Source: Bacillota bacterium (GTDB taxonomy: Bacteria; Bacillota; JAAYKD01). From it: DNA of 64,000 bases. The stretch spans positions 2,304,001 to 2,368,000 of the forward strand of contig OY762825.2 in the NCBI GenBank assembly GCA_963666425.2, written 5' to 3'. The notes under the pieces are model-generated. The model was not told where the DNA came from. It worked only from the letters and a program-made list of their open reading frames with translations, and did no database searches. Below are positions 18,091 through 29,122 of the stretch, one piece after another; position 1 is the stretch's first letter, and each line of letters opens with the position of its first letter. Made by a program: the position numbers and the translations under genes.

Positions 18091-21000
18091 TTGCTGAAGG
18101 CGTTTACCCCGCTCTATCAAACTGAACAAATGACGCAACTGACCCGGGCTGTGCATGCGCAGCGTGGGCCTGTTTGTCTGTACGGATTATCGGATACCGC
18201 TCAGAAATCGCTGCATGTGGCCTTATTGGCGGCGGAGGAATTGCCTTTTCTCTTAGTCAGTTATGGTCATAACCAGGCGCAAAACCTTTTTGATGACATC
18301 AGCGGTTTGCTGCCGGACAAACGCATCGGTTTCTTTCCGGCCAATGAGAGCTTCTTTTATGATTCTGCCGCAGCCAGCCGCGATCTCAGTAATCAGCGCC
18401 TGCAGGTGCTTTTGGACTTGCTGAATCATAAGCTGGACGGTGTGGTGACCAATATCGAAGCGCTGATGCTGCCGCTGCTGCCGCCCGAGATCATGGCTTC
18501 CCGTCAGCTGAATATCCACACGGGCGATCGGCTGGACTTGAAGGGCCTGATGGAATCGTTGGTTGCGCAGGGTTATGAACGGGTGGTTACCGTTGATACT
18601 CCCGGCAGCTTTGCCCGCCGCGGCGGTATCATTGATATCTACGCTGCGATTGACGCCCTACCGGTGCGCATCGAGCTTTTTGATGATGAAATCGATTCGA
18701 TCCGCTTATTTGATCCGGTCAATCAGCGCTCCTATGAACCGATTCAGGAATATACTCTTTCGCCCGGCGCCGAATTCATCCTGACGCCCGCAGCGAAACT
18801 GCATGGCCGCAAAGCCATCGCGGCTGATTTGGCCGACAGCCTCGAACGTTTGCGCAAAAGCGAAGCACCGGAGCGGGCAGCCGAACTGCAGCAGCGGGTG
18901 GAAGAATTGCTGCAGCGGCTGGATGCCAATGAAATCGACGAGCGCTGGGGCCCGTATTTGCCTTATTTTTATGCGCAGACCGTTTATCTGACGGATTATT
19001 TTTCAGAAAAACCGCTCGTGTTTTTGGATGAACCTTCCCGTCTGCAGGAAATAGCAGATCATCGCCTGGAAGAAATCCAGGAATATTGTCTGCAGAGCTT
19101 TGCCCGCGGTGAAATGCTGCACGGCAGATTGAAGCATCTGATCAGTTTTAATGATTTGCTGCCGGAGCTCAGTTCCGACCGCAGCATCAGCATGACGATG
19201 GTGCTGCGCCGTCCGGTCTGGCTGAAACCGGTGGATGTGATCAACAATCAGATGAAATCCTTACCGATGCTGCGCGGTGTGCTGCCCAATTTGATCTCCG
19301 AATTAACCCGCTGGCGAAAATTCGACTATCATATCTTAATCCTGGCGGAAGATGAAGCAAGGGCAAAGCAGATTCAGGAGCTGCTGCGGGAGTATGAATT
19401 GGAAAGCAGCTTGTCCACGGCAGAAATGCCCCCGCAAGCGGGTCAAATTCTCGTTCAAAAGGGTTTTATCAGCGAAGGCATAGAGATGTCTTCCATTCGC
19501 TTTACCGTCCTGCCGGACAGCGTATTTTTTACGAAAATCAAAAAGCGGCGCGGCAAAGCATCTGCCGAAGGACGGAAACTGCGCACCTACCATGAACTGA
19601 ACATCGGTGATCTGGTGGTCCATGTCAATCATGGCATCGGCCGTTATCTGGGCGTGCATTCTCTGATTCTGGAAGGCTTACAGAAGGATTATCTTTATAT
19701 CCAATACGCCGGTGAAGATAAACTGTACGTGCCGGTGGATCAAATCGGTTTCGTTCAGAAATATATCGGCAACAGCGAGAACAAGACGCAGCATCTCAAT
19801 ACTCTGAACAGTTCGGAATGGAGCCGCACCACTTCCAAGGTAAAAAAAGCAGTGGAGGATATGGCTGCGGATCTGCTGCGGCTTTATGCGCGGCGGCAAT
19901 CCGGCTTGGGTTATGCTTTTTCTCAGGATACTGTCTGGCAGCAGGAAATGGAAGATGATTTTCTCTATGAGGAAACCGAGGATCAGCTGCGCTGTATCGA
20001 AGAAATTAAACAGGATATGGAACAACCCCGACCGATGGAGCGTCTGCTTTGTGGCGATGTGGGTTTCGGCAAGACGGAAGTCGCCATCCGTGCCGCCTTC
20101 AAAGCAGTGGCCGATGGCAAACAGGTTGCTATCCTGGTTCCGACGACGGTCTTAGCTCAACAGCATTTTAATACTTTTCGGGAACGGCTGGCGAATTTTC
20201 CGATTAATGTTGCTTTGATGAGCCGCTTCCGCAACAACCGCGAAAATGAAGAGACCATCCGCAGATTGAAAAACCGACAAGTCGATATCGTGATCGGAAC
20301 GCATCGGATTCTTTCCAAAGATATCGAATTTGCTGATTTGGGTTTGCTGATTATCGATGAAGAACAGCGTTTTGGCGTGGCGGATAAAGAGAAACTGAAA
20401 GCGCTGAAAACGAATGTGGATGTGCTGATGCTTTCGGCCACACCCATACCCCGCACCCTGCATATGTCTTTAATTGGGATCCGGGATATGAGTACGATTG
20501 AGACACCGCCGGAAAACCGTTTTCCGGTGCAGACTTATGTGATGGAATGGAATCCCGAGCTGGTGCGGGAAGCCATCGAGCGGGAATTGGAACGCGAGGG
20601 TCAGGTTTTTGTGGTGCATAACCGCATTGCCGCGCTGCCGGTCCTGCAGGATATGCTGGAGCAATTGCTGCCGCACGCCCGCATGGTGATCGCGCATGGG
20701 CAGATGGCGGAGGGAAAACTGGCCGAAACCATGTCTGATTTTCTCGACGGCGAATATGATGTTTTAATCTCCACCACAATTATTGAAGCGGGTCTCGATA
20801 TGCCGAATGTCAATACCTTGATTGTCTGTGATGCGGACCGCTATGGACTCTCTCAGCTGCATCAGCTGAGAGGACGCATCGGGCGTTCAAACCGGGTTGG
20901 TTATGCCTATTTTATGTACACACGCGATAAACAATTGTCGGAAGTTTCCGAAAAACGTCTGGTAGCCTTAAAAGAATTCTGTCAATTGGGTGAGGGTTAT

Positions 21001-21606
21001 AAAATCGCACTGCGCGATCTTGAACTGCGCGGTGTGGGGAATTTACTGGGAGCGGAACAGCATGGTCATGTGGCTTCGGTGGGATTTGAATACTATTCCC
21101 AATTGCTGAAAGAAGCCGTGGAGGAATTAAAGGGCAGCGTGACGAAGAAGAAGACCGAAGCATTATTGGAATTGCCTGTGGATGCCTATATTCCGTCCGC
21201 TTATATTGCCGATACGGGACATAAGGTTGATTTCTACCGCCGCATTCAGGCGGCAGACGAAGCGGAATTAGCGGAATTGGTGGATGAATTGATTGATCGC
21301 TTTGGTGATATGCCGCTGCAGCTGCGCAATTTGCTTCAAATTGCCAAACTGCGGGTTAGAGCCTCCGCCTGTGGGGTCAGTCAAATCAGCTATAAACCGG
21401 ATGACGTGATTGCGATCAAAACGGAAAATGTCAGCTATTCACTCAATGATGCCGCTTTACTGGTGATCGGAATGAATGGACGGTTGCGGTATCAACCCGG
21501 AAAACCAACACCGTTCCTTTTAGATGCCAGTAATTTGAGCACATCCGGAATGTTACAGCAAATTGAAATTTTCCTGCAGGGCTTCCAACGTATTGCTAAA
21601 AATTAA
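18091..21606 (+). CDS. mfd: Transcription-repair coupling factor
   Basis: RRGGIIDI UvrB-like part, HVNHGIGRY, CGDVGFGKTE, DEEQRFG, SATPIPRT, QLRGRIGR. Confidence 0.97.
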   Translation: MLKAFTPLYQTEQMTQLTRAVHAQRGPVCLYGLSDTAQKSLHVALLAAEELPFLLVSYGHNQAQNLFDDISGLLPDKRIGFFPANESFFYDSAAASRDLSNQRLQVLLDLLNHKLDGVVTNIEALMLPLLPPEIMASRQLNIHTGDRLDLKGLMESLVAQGYERVVTVDTPGSFARRGGIIDIYAAIDALPVRIELFDDEIDSIRLFDPVNQRSYEPIQEYTLSPGAEFILTPAAKLHGRKAIAADLADSLERLRKSEAPERAAELQQRVEELLQRLDANEIDERWGPYLPYFYAQTVYLTDYFSEKPLVFLDEPSRLQEIADHRLEEIQEYCLQSFARGEMLHGRLKHLISFNDLLPELSSDRSISMTMVLRRPVWLKPVDVINNQMKSLPMLRGVLPNLISELTRWRKFDYHILILAEDEARAKQIQELLREYELESSLSTAEMPPQAGQILVQKGFISEGIEMSSIRFTVLPDSVFFTKIKKRRGKASAEGRKLRTYHELNIGDLVVHVNHGIGRYLGVHSLILEGLQKDYLYIQYAGEDKLYVPVDQIGFVQKYIGNSENKTQHLNTLNSSEWSRTTSKVKKAVEDMAADLLRLYARRQSGLGYAFSQDTVWQQEMEDDFLYEETEDQLRCIEEIKQDMEQPRPMERLLCGDVGFGKTEVAIRAAFKAVADGKQVAILVPTTVLAQQHFNTFRERLANFPINVALMSRFRNNRENEETIRRLKNRQVDIVIGTHRILSKDIEFADLGLLIIDEEQRFGVADKEKLKALKTNVDVLMLSATPIPRTLHMSLIGIRDMSTIETPPENRFPVQTYVMEWNPELVREAIERELEREGQVFVVHNRIAALPVLQDMLEQLLPHARMVIAHGQMAEGKLAETMSDFLDGEYDVLISTTIIEAGLDMPNVNTLIVCDADRYGLSQLHQLRGRIGRSNRVGYAYFMYTRDKQLSEVSEKRLVALKEFCQLGEGYKIALRDLELRGVGNLLGAEQHGHVASVGFEYYSQLLKEAVEELKGSVTKKKTEALLELPVDAYIPSAYIADTGHKVDFYRRIQAADEAELAELVDELIDRFGDMPLQLRNLLQIAKLRVRASACGVSQISYKPDDVIAIKTENVSYSLNDAALLVIGMNGRLRYQPGKPTPFLLDASNLSTSGMLQQIEIFLQGFQRIAKN

Positions 21607-21679
21607 GCAGACTTTTATAATGACTTGTGGTATTATGCTAAAGTACAGTGAAAACGAAGATGAATGGGAGTTGTAGAAA

Positions 21680-22768
21680 TTGAGCAATCAAGCAAAAGGC
21701 AATCTCGCAAAACCGTTGGCCTCTTGGGTGAAGTGGCTGATTCTGGTCCTGATGATTAGTATTTTAGGTGGAGCAATCTGGTTTGCTCTGGATCAGAAAA
21801 ATAACCTGGTGGTCGTCAACGGTGAAAAAATTACTGTTGCAGATGCCAAAGCACTCTTGGGTCAGTACTACTTATATGACACTACGGTAAAGGTAGATAA
21901 TGTCTATTATCAGGAAAATATCGCCCCTTATGCGGCTTTGGACAAATTACTGGTACAGGAAGCGACCGCACGCGGTTTAAAAGTGACCGACGAGGAGGTC
22001 AGCACATCCGCCGCCGATACGATAAAATCCTTGGAACAGTATTTCCTCTACCAGGCAGCTACGGACGCCAAATTGGAAATGGACAGCGTCACGCTTTATG
22101 GTACTGATGCGACGGCAGCGGCAGCGGAAGCGGCGCGTTTGGCTGAATTGCTCGGTAAAACAGGCGCTCAGATTTTAGATGAGAAATTGACTGCCGGCGG
22201 CATTACCCGCAATTACTTTACCGCCAGCGCCCGCACGAATTTACTGACTACTCAGTTATATGCAGCGATTAAAGCGGAACTTGTCTATACCGATGAAGAG
22301 ATCGCGGCATTCTATCAAAAACATTTACTGGATAAATATACTAAAAAAGACTCCAGTCACATCTTAGTGGCCGATGAAGCGACTGCGAATCTGATTTATG
22401 ATAAATTAGCCGCCGGTGAGAATTTTGTAACCTTATCCGATACCTACAGTACCGATACTACAGCGAAAGCCAATGGCGGCAAGATCGGCTATTACGGTCA
22501 AACCGGTTTGGTTGCAGAATATACCAAGGCATTGTTTGCCCTAACCGAAGTCGGTGAAATCAGTAAGCCGGTCAAAACAGAATTCGGCTGGCACATCATT
22601 CGTTTGGATGGTAATCAGGTGACACCGATGTCAGAAGCCATCGCTACCATCAAGACGGATATGGTTAACAGCAAGACAAATGCAGTCTTGCGCGCTGTTG
22701 TTGAGAAAGCCAGCATCCGTCCGACCAGCGCTAAAAATGCGATGCTCGGCATGTTGGAAGATAAGTAA
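21680..22768 (+). CDS. PrsA/SurA-like parvulin peptidylprolyl isomerase
   Basis: N-terminal TM, SHILV, GGKIG, PVKTEFGWHII; position after mfd. Confidence 0.85.
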   Translation: MSNQAKGNLAKPLASWVKWLILVLMISILGGAIWFALDQKNNLVVVNGEKITVADAKALLGQYYLYDTTVKVDNVYYQENIAPYAALDKLLVQEATARGLKVTDEEVSTSAADTIKSLEQYFLYQAATDAKLEMDSVTLYGTDATAAAAEAARLAELLGKTGAQILDEKLTAGGITRNYFTASARTNLLTTQLYAAIKAELVYTDEEIAAFYQKHLLDKYTKKDSSHILVADEATANLIYDKLAAGENFVTLSDTYSTDTTAKANGGKIGYYGQTGLVAEYTKALFALTEVGEISKPVKTEFGWHIIRLDGNQVTPMSEAIATIKTDMVNSKTNAVLRAVVEKASIRPTSAKNAMLGMLEDK

Positions 22769-22782
22769 TTCACTGACCGATC

Positions 22783-22820
22783 AAAAGACCGCTCGGGGTA
22801 CAAGCCGGGCGGTTTTTTTC
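22783..22820 (+). terminator. Intrinsic terminator
   Basis: GACCGCTCGG...CCGGGCGGTT stem followed by a T-tract. Confidence 0.65.
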
Positions 22821-22951
22821 ATGGTATTTTTCCGCTTTGTTAGGTCAAAAAGAAGGTCACCTGATGCCAAACAGCGAAAATACTACAATTATGAGCCAGC
22901 TTCCAAGCAGGATCAAACTGAAATTGAAAAGACAGACAGGTGGATAACACG

Positions 22952-24575
22952 ATGAAATCGAATCAAAAACCTTCCTTTTTATTGAATACGATGATTCTTA
23001 CCCTTGCCGGTGGTTTTGCCAGGGTCTTGGGGGCGGTTTATCGGATTTTCCTGACCCGCATCATCGTCCAAGACAAGCGGTGATGTGGGAATAGGGCTCT
23101 ACCAGATGGCCTATAACCTGGCACTTGTTTTCATGACGGTGGGGATGACGGGGCTGCCTTTGGCAATTTCTAAAATCGTCGCCGAGAAAACCGTCGAACA
23201 AGATGAAAAAGGGACCCGCAAAGTACTATGGCTCTCCATGCTGGTTTCCGGTGCTTTGGGTTTATTGATCGCCGCTTTGTTGGGCTTGGGGGCGCCTTAT
23301 TGGATTGAATTTAATTTAAAAGAGCCGCGCGCTTTATTACCGCTGCAATGTATTGCTCCGGCTGTTTTCTTTGTTTTCTTAATGGCACCGTTCCGCGGTT
23401 ATTTTCAGGGTAAACAGAATATGATCCCCCGTGCGATGTCTGACACCGTGGAACAACTGGTGCGGGTGGTCATGATTCTCGTGCTCGCCTTATTACTGAT
23501 TGGGCGCGGTCTGGAAACCGCCGCCGCCGGTGCAGCCATGGGGGTATCCTTAGGTGCAGCCGCCGGCTTCCTCTACCTTTTATTGATGTATCTGCGCACA
23601 AACCGCCAGAAAGATCGGAGCGGGTCGGTCAGCGCCGCTGCGTTGCCGGAAGAAAAAGCCGTCACCGTATTACAGCGTTTGCTGAAATTGGCCATCCCGG
23701 TGACCTTAGGCTCTTTGATTTGGCCATTGATGCAATTTATGGATACGCTCTTGATTACCGGGCGCTTGCAGTCTTCCGGCTTCAGTGTGGAAGAAGCGAC
23801 GACGCTTTTCGGACGTTATTCTGGGCAAGCCGGGCCGTTGATCAATATGCCCAGTATTCTGACCGTAGCGGTAGCCGCTTCTCTGATTCCCTCCATCACC
23901 GAAGCGATGGTGCGCAAAGACGGCGTCACCATGCGCAGCCGCGCCAATCTCGCTTTAAAAATGAGTGTTCTCATCGCTTTGCCGGCCGCCCTGGGATTGA
24001 ATCTGCTCAGTGGTCCGGTGGCGCAGCTGCTTTACGGTTCTGCCAATGCCGGTAATATCATTGCGGTTTATTCCTGGGTGATTCTTTTCTTGCTGCTCTA
24101 TCAAACATCGGCCAGTATCCTGCAGGGAATTGACCGCATCAGTTTGCCGGTATACAGCATGCTGGTTGGCGTCGCTGTGAAATCTGTTTTGACTTTTTTA
24201 CTCTGCGGCATTCCCTCCATTAATATTTATGGAGCGGCGATTGCCACCGGGGTTGGTTTTGCCATTGCCGTGGTCATGAATCTGCTGGCGGTCTATCGAT
24301 ATACCGAAATGAGACCGGACTGGCGCGGTTTGGTGATTGCGCCGGTAATCAGTTCCGCTTTGATGGGCTTGACGGTTTATTTTGGTTATCCGCTGCTGCA
24401 CCGTATCACTGGCAGCATTCTGATCTCCACCGGCTGCAGTGTGATGCTGGGTGTGCTGTTTTATGCGGTGGTTCTTCTGCTCAGCGGCGGCTTGAACCGG
24501 GAAGAACTCAGCAGTATTCCTAAATTAGGACCAGCCGTTTTAAAGATTTTAAACCGGTTTTCCAAACAGAAATAA
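22952..24575 (+). pseudogene. SpoVB/YabM-type MOP flippase, frameshifted near the 5' end
   Basis: 43-codon N-terminal part (ILTLAGGFARVLGAVYRIFL) stops at 23081-23083; the rest (GDVGIGLYQMAY..GLPLAISK) continues in the +1 frame. Confidence 0.75.
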
Positions 24576-24626
24576 CTAAAAAAAGTTGCTGCCGCAGTGA
24601 TGATGAGAAAGGGTTTGAGAGCACAT

Positions 24627-25406
24627 ATGAGCAAAGGCGATTTACAGCCATTGCTGCAGATCATGCAGCGTTTGCGCGGTGAAAATGGCTGTCCTTGGGA
24701 TAGAGAGCAGACGCACGATAGTTTACGCCCTTATGCCATTGAAGAAGCATACGAGGTTGCGGAAGCAGTGCAGAAGGGGAATACGCTAGCCTTGGTGGAT
24801 GAATTGGGCGATCTCTTGCTGCAGGTTGTTTATCACGCCGCCATTGGGGAAGAGGAAGCTGCTTTTACGATGGATGATATCATCCAAGCGATCTGTGAGA
24901 AAATGCAGCGGCGTCATCCGCATGTGTTCGGTAATCTGCAGGTAAAAAACAGTGCAGAGGTAATGCAGAACTGGGAAGCCATCAAGGTAGTGGAGCGAAA
25001 GTCTCAACTGCGCCACTCAGCATTGGATGGGATTCCTCCAGCCATGCCGGCTTTAATGGCAGCTGCCAAACTGCAGAGCAAGGCGGCAAAAACCGGTTTC
25101 GATTGGACAGATATCCGCGATGTTTGGCAGAAAATCGAGGAAGAAAGCGCAGAAGTAAAACAAGCAGCCGCGCAAGACAGTCAGGCAGCCATCCAAGAGG
25201 AAGTCGGTGATTTTCTCTTTGCTGCCGTAAAAATGGCGCGCTTTCTCGAGGTGGAGCCGGAAACGGCTTTACTGCAGGCGAATCTGAAATTCAGCCGGCG
25301 ATTTCAAGCCATGGAACAGTTGGCAAAAAAACAAGGCAAGGTATTCAGTTCACTCACATTAACAGAGCAGGAAGAATTGTGGCAGCAGATCAAAACTGCA
25401 GAATAG
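24627..25406 (+). CDS. mazG: Nucleoside triphosphate pyrophosphohydrolase
   Basis: GCPWDREQTH, EEAYE, ELGDLLLQV, RRHPHVF, EEVGD. Confidence 0.94.
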   Translation: MSKGDLQPLLQIMQRLRGENGCPWDREQTHDSLRPYAIEEAYEVAEAVQKGNTLALVDELGDLLLQVVYHAAIGEEEAAFTMDDIIQAICEKMQRRHPHVFGNLQVKNSAEVMQNWEAIKVVERKSQLRHSALDGIPPAMPALMAAAKLQSKAAKTGFDWTDIRDVWQKIEEESAEVKQAAAQDSQAAIQEEVGDFLFAAVKMARFLEVEPETALLQANLKFSRRFQAMEQLAKKQGKVFSSLTLTEQEELWQQIKTAE

Positions 25407-25415
25407 GGGGAAGCA

Positions 25416-25688
25416 ATGCGGCTCGATAAATTCCTAAAAGTTTCCCGTTTGATCAAACGGCGGACCTTAGCCAAAGAAGTTGCGGAGAGCCAGCGGATTG
25501 AACTCAATGGCAGAACGGTAAAACCGGCGGCGGAGGTGAAAGTGGGAGATGTCATCACCCTGCATTTCGGCTCCCGCACCTTAACCGTGGAAGTTCTCAG
25601 CATTACGGCAGCACCGAAAAAAGAAGAAGCAGCCGAAATGTATAAGGTTTTATCAGAAACACGGCAAGAAGTTACATTTGACTGGTAA
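25416..25688 (+). CDS. S4-domain RNA-binding protein (YabO/RqcP family)
   Basis: MRLDKFLKVSRLIKRRTLAKE. Confidence 0.92.
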   Translation: MRLDKFLKVSRLIKRRTLAKEVAESQRIELNGRTVKPAAEVKVGDVITLHFGSRTLTVEVLSITAAPKKEEAAEMYKVLSETRQEVTFDW

Positions 25689-25790
25689 CAGGAAAATAAT
25701 TTTACGTATCTATATTTGAATTTTTGCTTGCACAATGAAGAATAGCATGCTAAACTGAAACTTAATGATATTTGAGAAGGAGGAGTCTGT

Positions 25791-26162
25791 ATGAAAGATC
25801 AAAAGAATCTGGAGACAGCCGCGCCAAGCGCTAGACCATCACACAGATTCTTTACCATCACCGGTAAAAAAACAGAGCAAAAGGCACCGCGCTTTCAAAA
25901 GCTCGGTGAAAAGTTGCTGCTGGTGATTGCTTCGATTACATTGGGTTATTTCCTGATCCAGGGCATTGCTACCGAAAAAAGCGTCAAGCAGGTGGAAGCA
26001 CAATACCGGATGATTCAGGAACAAAAAGCAGCATTGCTGCAGGAGCAAACGGAACTGAAAGAAGAATTGGCTTATTTGCAAACAGACGATTATGTTGCCG
26101 AAGCGGCTCGCTCCAAACTCGGCATGCTGAGAGCGGGAGAAATCATGTTTATCATCGAATAA
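25791..26162 (+). CDS. Septum formation initiator (DivIC/FtsB family)
   Basis: TM plus coiled coil, YVAEAARSKLGM..GE. Confidence 0.82.
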   Translation: MKDQKNLETAAPSARPSHRFFTITGKKTEQKAPRFQKLGEKLLLVIASITLGYFLIQGIATEKSVKQVEAQYRMIQEQKAALLQEQTELKEELAYLQTDDYVAEAARSKLGMLRAGEIMFIIE

Positions 26163-26291
26163 AAAAGTAGCTAAAATTGAAAGCAATCACCGTGCTCTGT
26201 GTGAGAGAGCGGTGATTGCTTTTTAGCATTTATAAGCAGACAAGCGTTTTTGTGGCATTGACAAGAACAAAAACGCGAGACAATTTCATTG

Positions 26292-27086
26292 TTATACTAA
26301 AAGTGCACGATCATTGGCAAATTCCCTGCCGCTGGCGCGCGAGAAAGCCAGCAGCAGATCTTCAACAGTCAGTGCCTGCTTCTCGCGACCGTTAACATCC
26401 AAAATAATCTCTCCGTTGTTCATCATGATCAGGCGATTGCCGTTGGCGATGGCATCCTTCATATTATGCGTCACCATCAGAACGGAAAGCTGCTCCTCCC
26501 GGATGAAATGATTGCTGATGGCCATGACTTTGGCTGCGGTTTTGGGATCGAGCGCTGCCGTGTGCTCATCCAGCAGCAGTAATTTTGGCTTTTTCAGCAC
26601 AGCCATTAACAGCGTCAGGGCTTGTCTTTGTCCACCGGAGAGCAGACCGGTTTTGCTGGTCAGCCGATCCTCCAGACCCAAATCTAGTTCTTTGAGCAGT
26701 TGTTTAAAATGCTCCCTTTCCTGACGGGTAATCGCCCGGCTTAAGCCGCGCCGCTCGCCGCGCCGATTGGCCAGTGCCAAATTTTCTTCGATCCAGAGCT
26801 CCGAAGCAGTACCCATCATGGGGTCCTGAAAAACTCTGCCCAGGAACGCGGCGCGTTTGGCTTCGGAAAGCTGAGTAAAATCGATTCCATCCATTTCCAG
26901 GCTGCCCTGATCGATCAGAAAGGTGCCGGCAATGGCGTTGAGCAGCGTCGATTTGCCGGCGCCATTGCTGCCGATCACACTGACAAACTCGCCGTCCTGC
27001 AGGGTGAGAGAAAGATGCTGCAGGGCGGTCTTTTCATTGACCGTAGCCGCATGAAAGGTCTTGCTGATGTTACGGATTTTTAACAT
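26292..27086 (-). CDS. ABC transporter ATP-binding protein
   Basis: GSNGAGKST, LSGGQRQ, LLLDEHTAALDP. Confidence 0.93.
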   Translation of the reverse strand: MLKIRNISKTFHAATVNEKTALQHLSLTLQDGEFVSVIGSNGAGKSTLLNAIAGTFLIDQGSLEMDGIDFTQLSEAKRAAFLGRVFQDPMMGTASELWIEENLALANRRGERRGLSRAITRQEREHFKQLLKELDLGLEDRLTSKTGLLSGGQRQALTLLMAVLKKPKLLLLDEHTAALDPKTAAKVMAISNHFIREEQLSVLMVTHNMKDAIANGNRLIMMNNGEIILDVNGREKQALTVEDLLLAFSRASGREFANDRALLV

Positions 27087-27991
27087 GCGGGTTTACCTCC
27101 TTTACTTGGATGCAGCATTAGATACTTGTCTTTTAAAAAAGGCACAGACAGAAAACAAGCGACGATGATAGCAGAGAACAACTTCAGATCCGTGGTGGAG
27201 AGGCCGGCAAAAATCACGATGGCCAGCACGATATAGTAAGCGATGCCGCCGCAGACTGTTGCGCTAAACCCGAGCGCCAAGTTTTCGCGTTTGCCCAGAA
27301 TTGCTTTGCCGATCACAACGGCGGCTAGGCCGATCACAATGGCGCCGCGGCCCATATTGATATCGGAACAGCCCTGGTACTGCGCCAGCAAGCCGCCGGC
27401 GAAGCCAACCAAACCATTGGAAAGAGCAAGCCCGATCACCTTGGCGGTGTTTGTATTAATGCCCTGCGCCCGTGCCATCGCTTCATTGTTGCCGGTGGCG
27501 CGGATGGCGTAACCAAGTTCTGTGCCAAAAAACCAAAAAAGCAAACCGATTACAGCAAGAGCTGCTATTGTCCCGACCAGAATAGCATGCCCCACTTCGG
27601 CGCTGGTCAAAATCAGCGTGAATTGGGTTCGGCTGATGGTCACATTCGATTTACCCATGATGCGCATATTAATCGAATAGAGCGCCAATTGGCTTAAAAT
27701 TCCGGACAGGATGGCGGGAATCCCCAACGCTGTATGTAAAAGACCGGTGACAAAGCCCGCCAGCAGACCGGCCAGCAGAGCAAACAGCAGCGCCAAATAG
27801 GGGTTGACTCCTGCCGCGATACAGACGGCGCAAACCGCACCGCCTGTACAAAGACTGCCGTCCACCGTCAAATCGGCGTAATTCAAGATTTTGTAACTAA
27901 CCGCTACCCCGAGCGCCAGAATTCCCCAGATCAATCCTTGTGCGATCGCACCGGGTAAAGAATTTATCAATGATAGAAGCTGCATGATCAT
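27080..27991 (-). CDS. ABC transporter permease
   Basis: DLTVDGS, LYSINMRIMG, RATGNN, GAIVIGLA. Confidence 0.9.
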   Translation of the reverse strand: MIMQLLSLINSLPGAIAQGLIWGILALGVAVSYKILNYADLTVDGSLCTGGAVCAVCIAAGVNPYLALLFALLAGLLAGFVTGLLHTALGIPAILSGILSQLALYSINMRIMGKSNVTISRTQFTLILTSAEVGHAILVGTIAALAVIGLLFWFFGTELGYAIRATGNNEAMARAQGINTNTAKVIGLALSNGLVGFAGGLLAQYQGCSDINMGRGAIVIGLAAVVIGKAILGKRENLALGFSATVCGGIAYYIVLAIVIFAGLSTTDLKLFSAIIVACFLSVPFLKDKYLMLHPSKGGKPAC

Positions 27992-28016
27992 TACCTTACC
28001 TTATCCGCGGAGCTTT

Positions 28017-28997
28017 TTACTTTAAAGTCTCCGGTATTTTAATCCCCAGTTCAGCTGCGTTGGCTTCGTTGATAAACAAAGTCAGGTTACTGGCATCAAA
28101 GGTAAAGATCGGGGTGCTGGCGGGTTTGGCGCCGTTGACTAAAATATCATAGGCAATCTTGCCTGCCTGACAGCCGAGGTCATAGTAACTGATAGAATAG
28201 GTAGCGAGAAAACCGTTTTCGCACATGCTTTGCTCCGCACAGATCACCGGTTTACCGGCCGCGGTGGTAATGTTGGACATGGTCGTCACATTGGAAGCAA
28301 TCAGATTGTCGCTGGGTTCATAAAAAGCATCGACTTCGCCGCAGGCTTTGGTTACTACCGTTTGAATCTCGTTGGAGTCAGCTACGGTATAGATCTTCAC
28401 GGCATAGCCTGCCGCTTCCAGAGCCGTTTTGGCTTCATCAGCTTGGATTCTGGAGTTCTCTTCTGCAGAACAAATAACGATTCCGACGGTTTTCACAGCC
28501 GGACAGAGCTTCTGCAGTAATTCGACTTGGACAGAGACCGGATTATTGTCGGAAGCACCGGTGACATTGGCACCGGGTTTGGCGTTGGAAGCTGCCAAAC
28601 CGGAATTAACGTAATCGGTCACCGAAGTGCCGACAATGGGAATCTTAGAAGTTGCTTCCCGGGCGGCTTTGACTGCATTGGTGGCGTTTGCCATGATCAG
28701 GTCGACTTTATCGCTGACGAATTTATTGACAATGGTGGTGCAATTGGTTTGTTCACCTTGAGCATTTTGCAGATTGAAGCTGACTTTATCACCGAGTTTT
28801 TCAGTTAGAGTGGCTTGAAAGCCTTCTGTGGCTGCATCCAAAGCGGGATGCTCTGCCAATTGAATGATGCCAATCCGATAGGTTTTTGCCGCGGAAGCAG
28901 CGGGTAAATTTCCGCTATTGCAGCCGCTCAGAAAAAGAGCAGTCACTGTGAGTAATACAAAAGTAATTTTCATGATAACCGAAGAATGTTGTTTCAT
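28017..28997 (-). CDS. ABC transporter substrate-binding lipoprotein (putative aromatic amino acid, TrpX-like)
   Basis: LSGC lipobox, IQLAEHPALD, NAQGE, NVTGASD. Confidence 0.85.
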   Translation of the reverse strand: MKQHSSVIMKITFVLLTVTALFLSGCNSGNLPAASAAKTYRIGIIQLAEHPALDAATEGFQATLTEKLGDKVSFNLQNAQGEQTNCTTIVNKFVSDKVDLIMANATNAVKAAREATSKIPIVGTSVTDYVNSGLAASNAKPGANVTGASDNNPVSVQVELLQKLCPAVKTVGIVICSAEENSRIQADEAKTALEAAGYAVKIYTVADSNEIQTVVTKACGEVDAFYEPSDNLIASNVTTMSNITTAAGKPVICAEQSMCENGFLATYSISYYDLGCQAGKIAYDILVNGAKPASTPIFTFDASNLTLFINEANAAELGIKIPETLK

Positions 28998-29065
28998 GCT
29001 TTCGTCTCCTTAAGTGATTTATATTGATGCCAGAATGGCCACTTCCGGCAAAAATAACGAGGGAA

Positions 29066-29100
29066 ATAAAAAACAGCCCCGTCGAAACCGACGAGGCTGC
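29066..29100 (-). terminator. Leader (attenuator) terminator upstream of the ABC operon
   Basis: Minus strand GCAGCCTCGTCG-GTTT-CGACGGGGCTGT followed by TTTTTATTT, about 70 nt before the SBP start. Confidence 0.75.
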
Positions 29101-29122
29101 ATTTGTTTATATTACTATAAAC

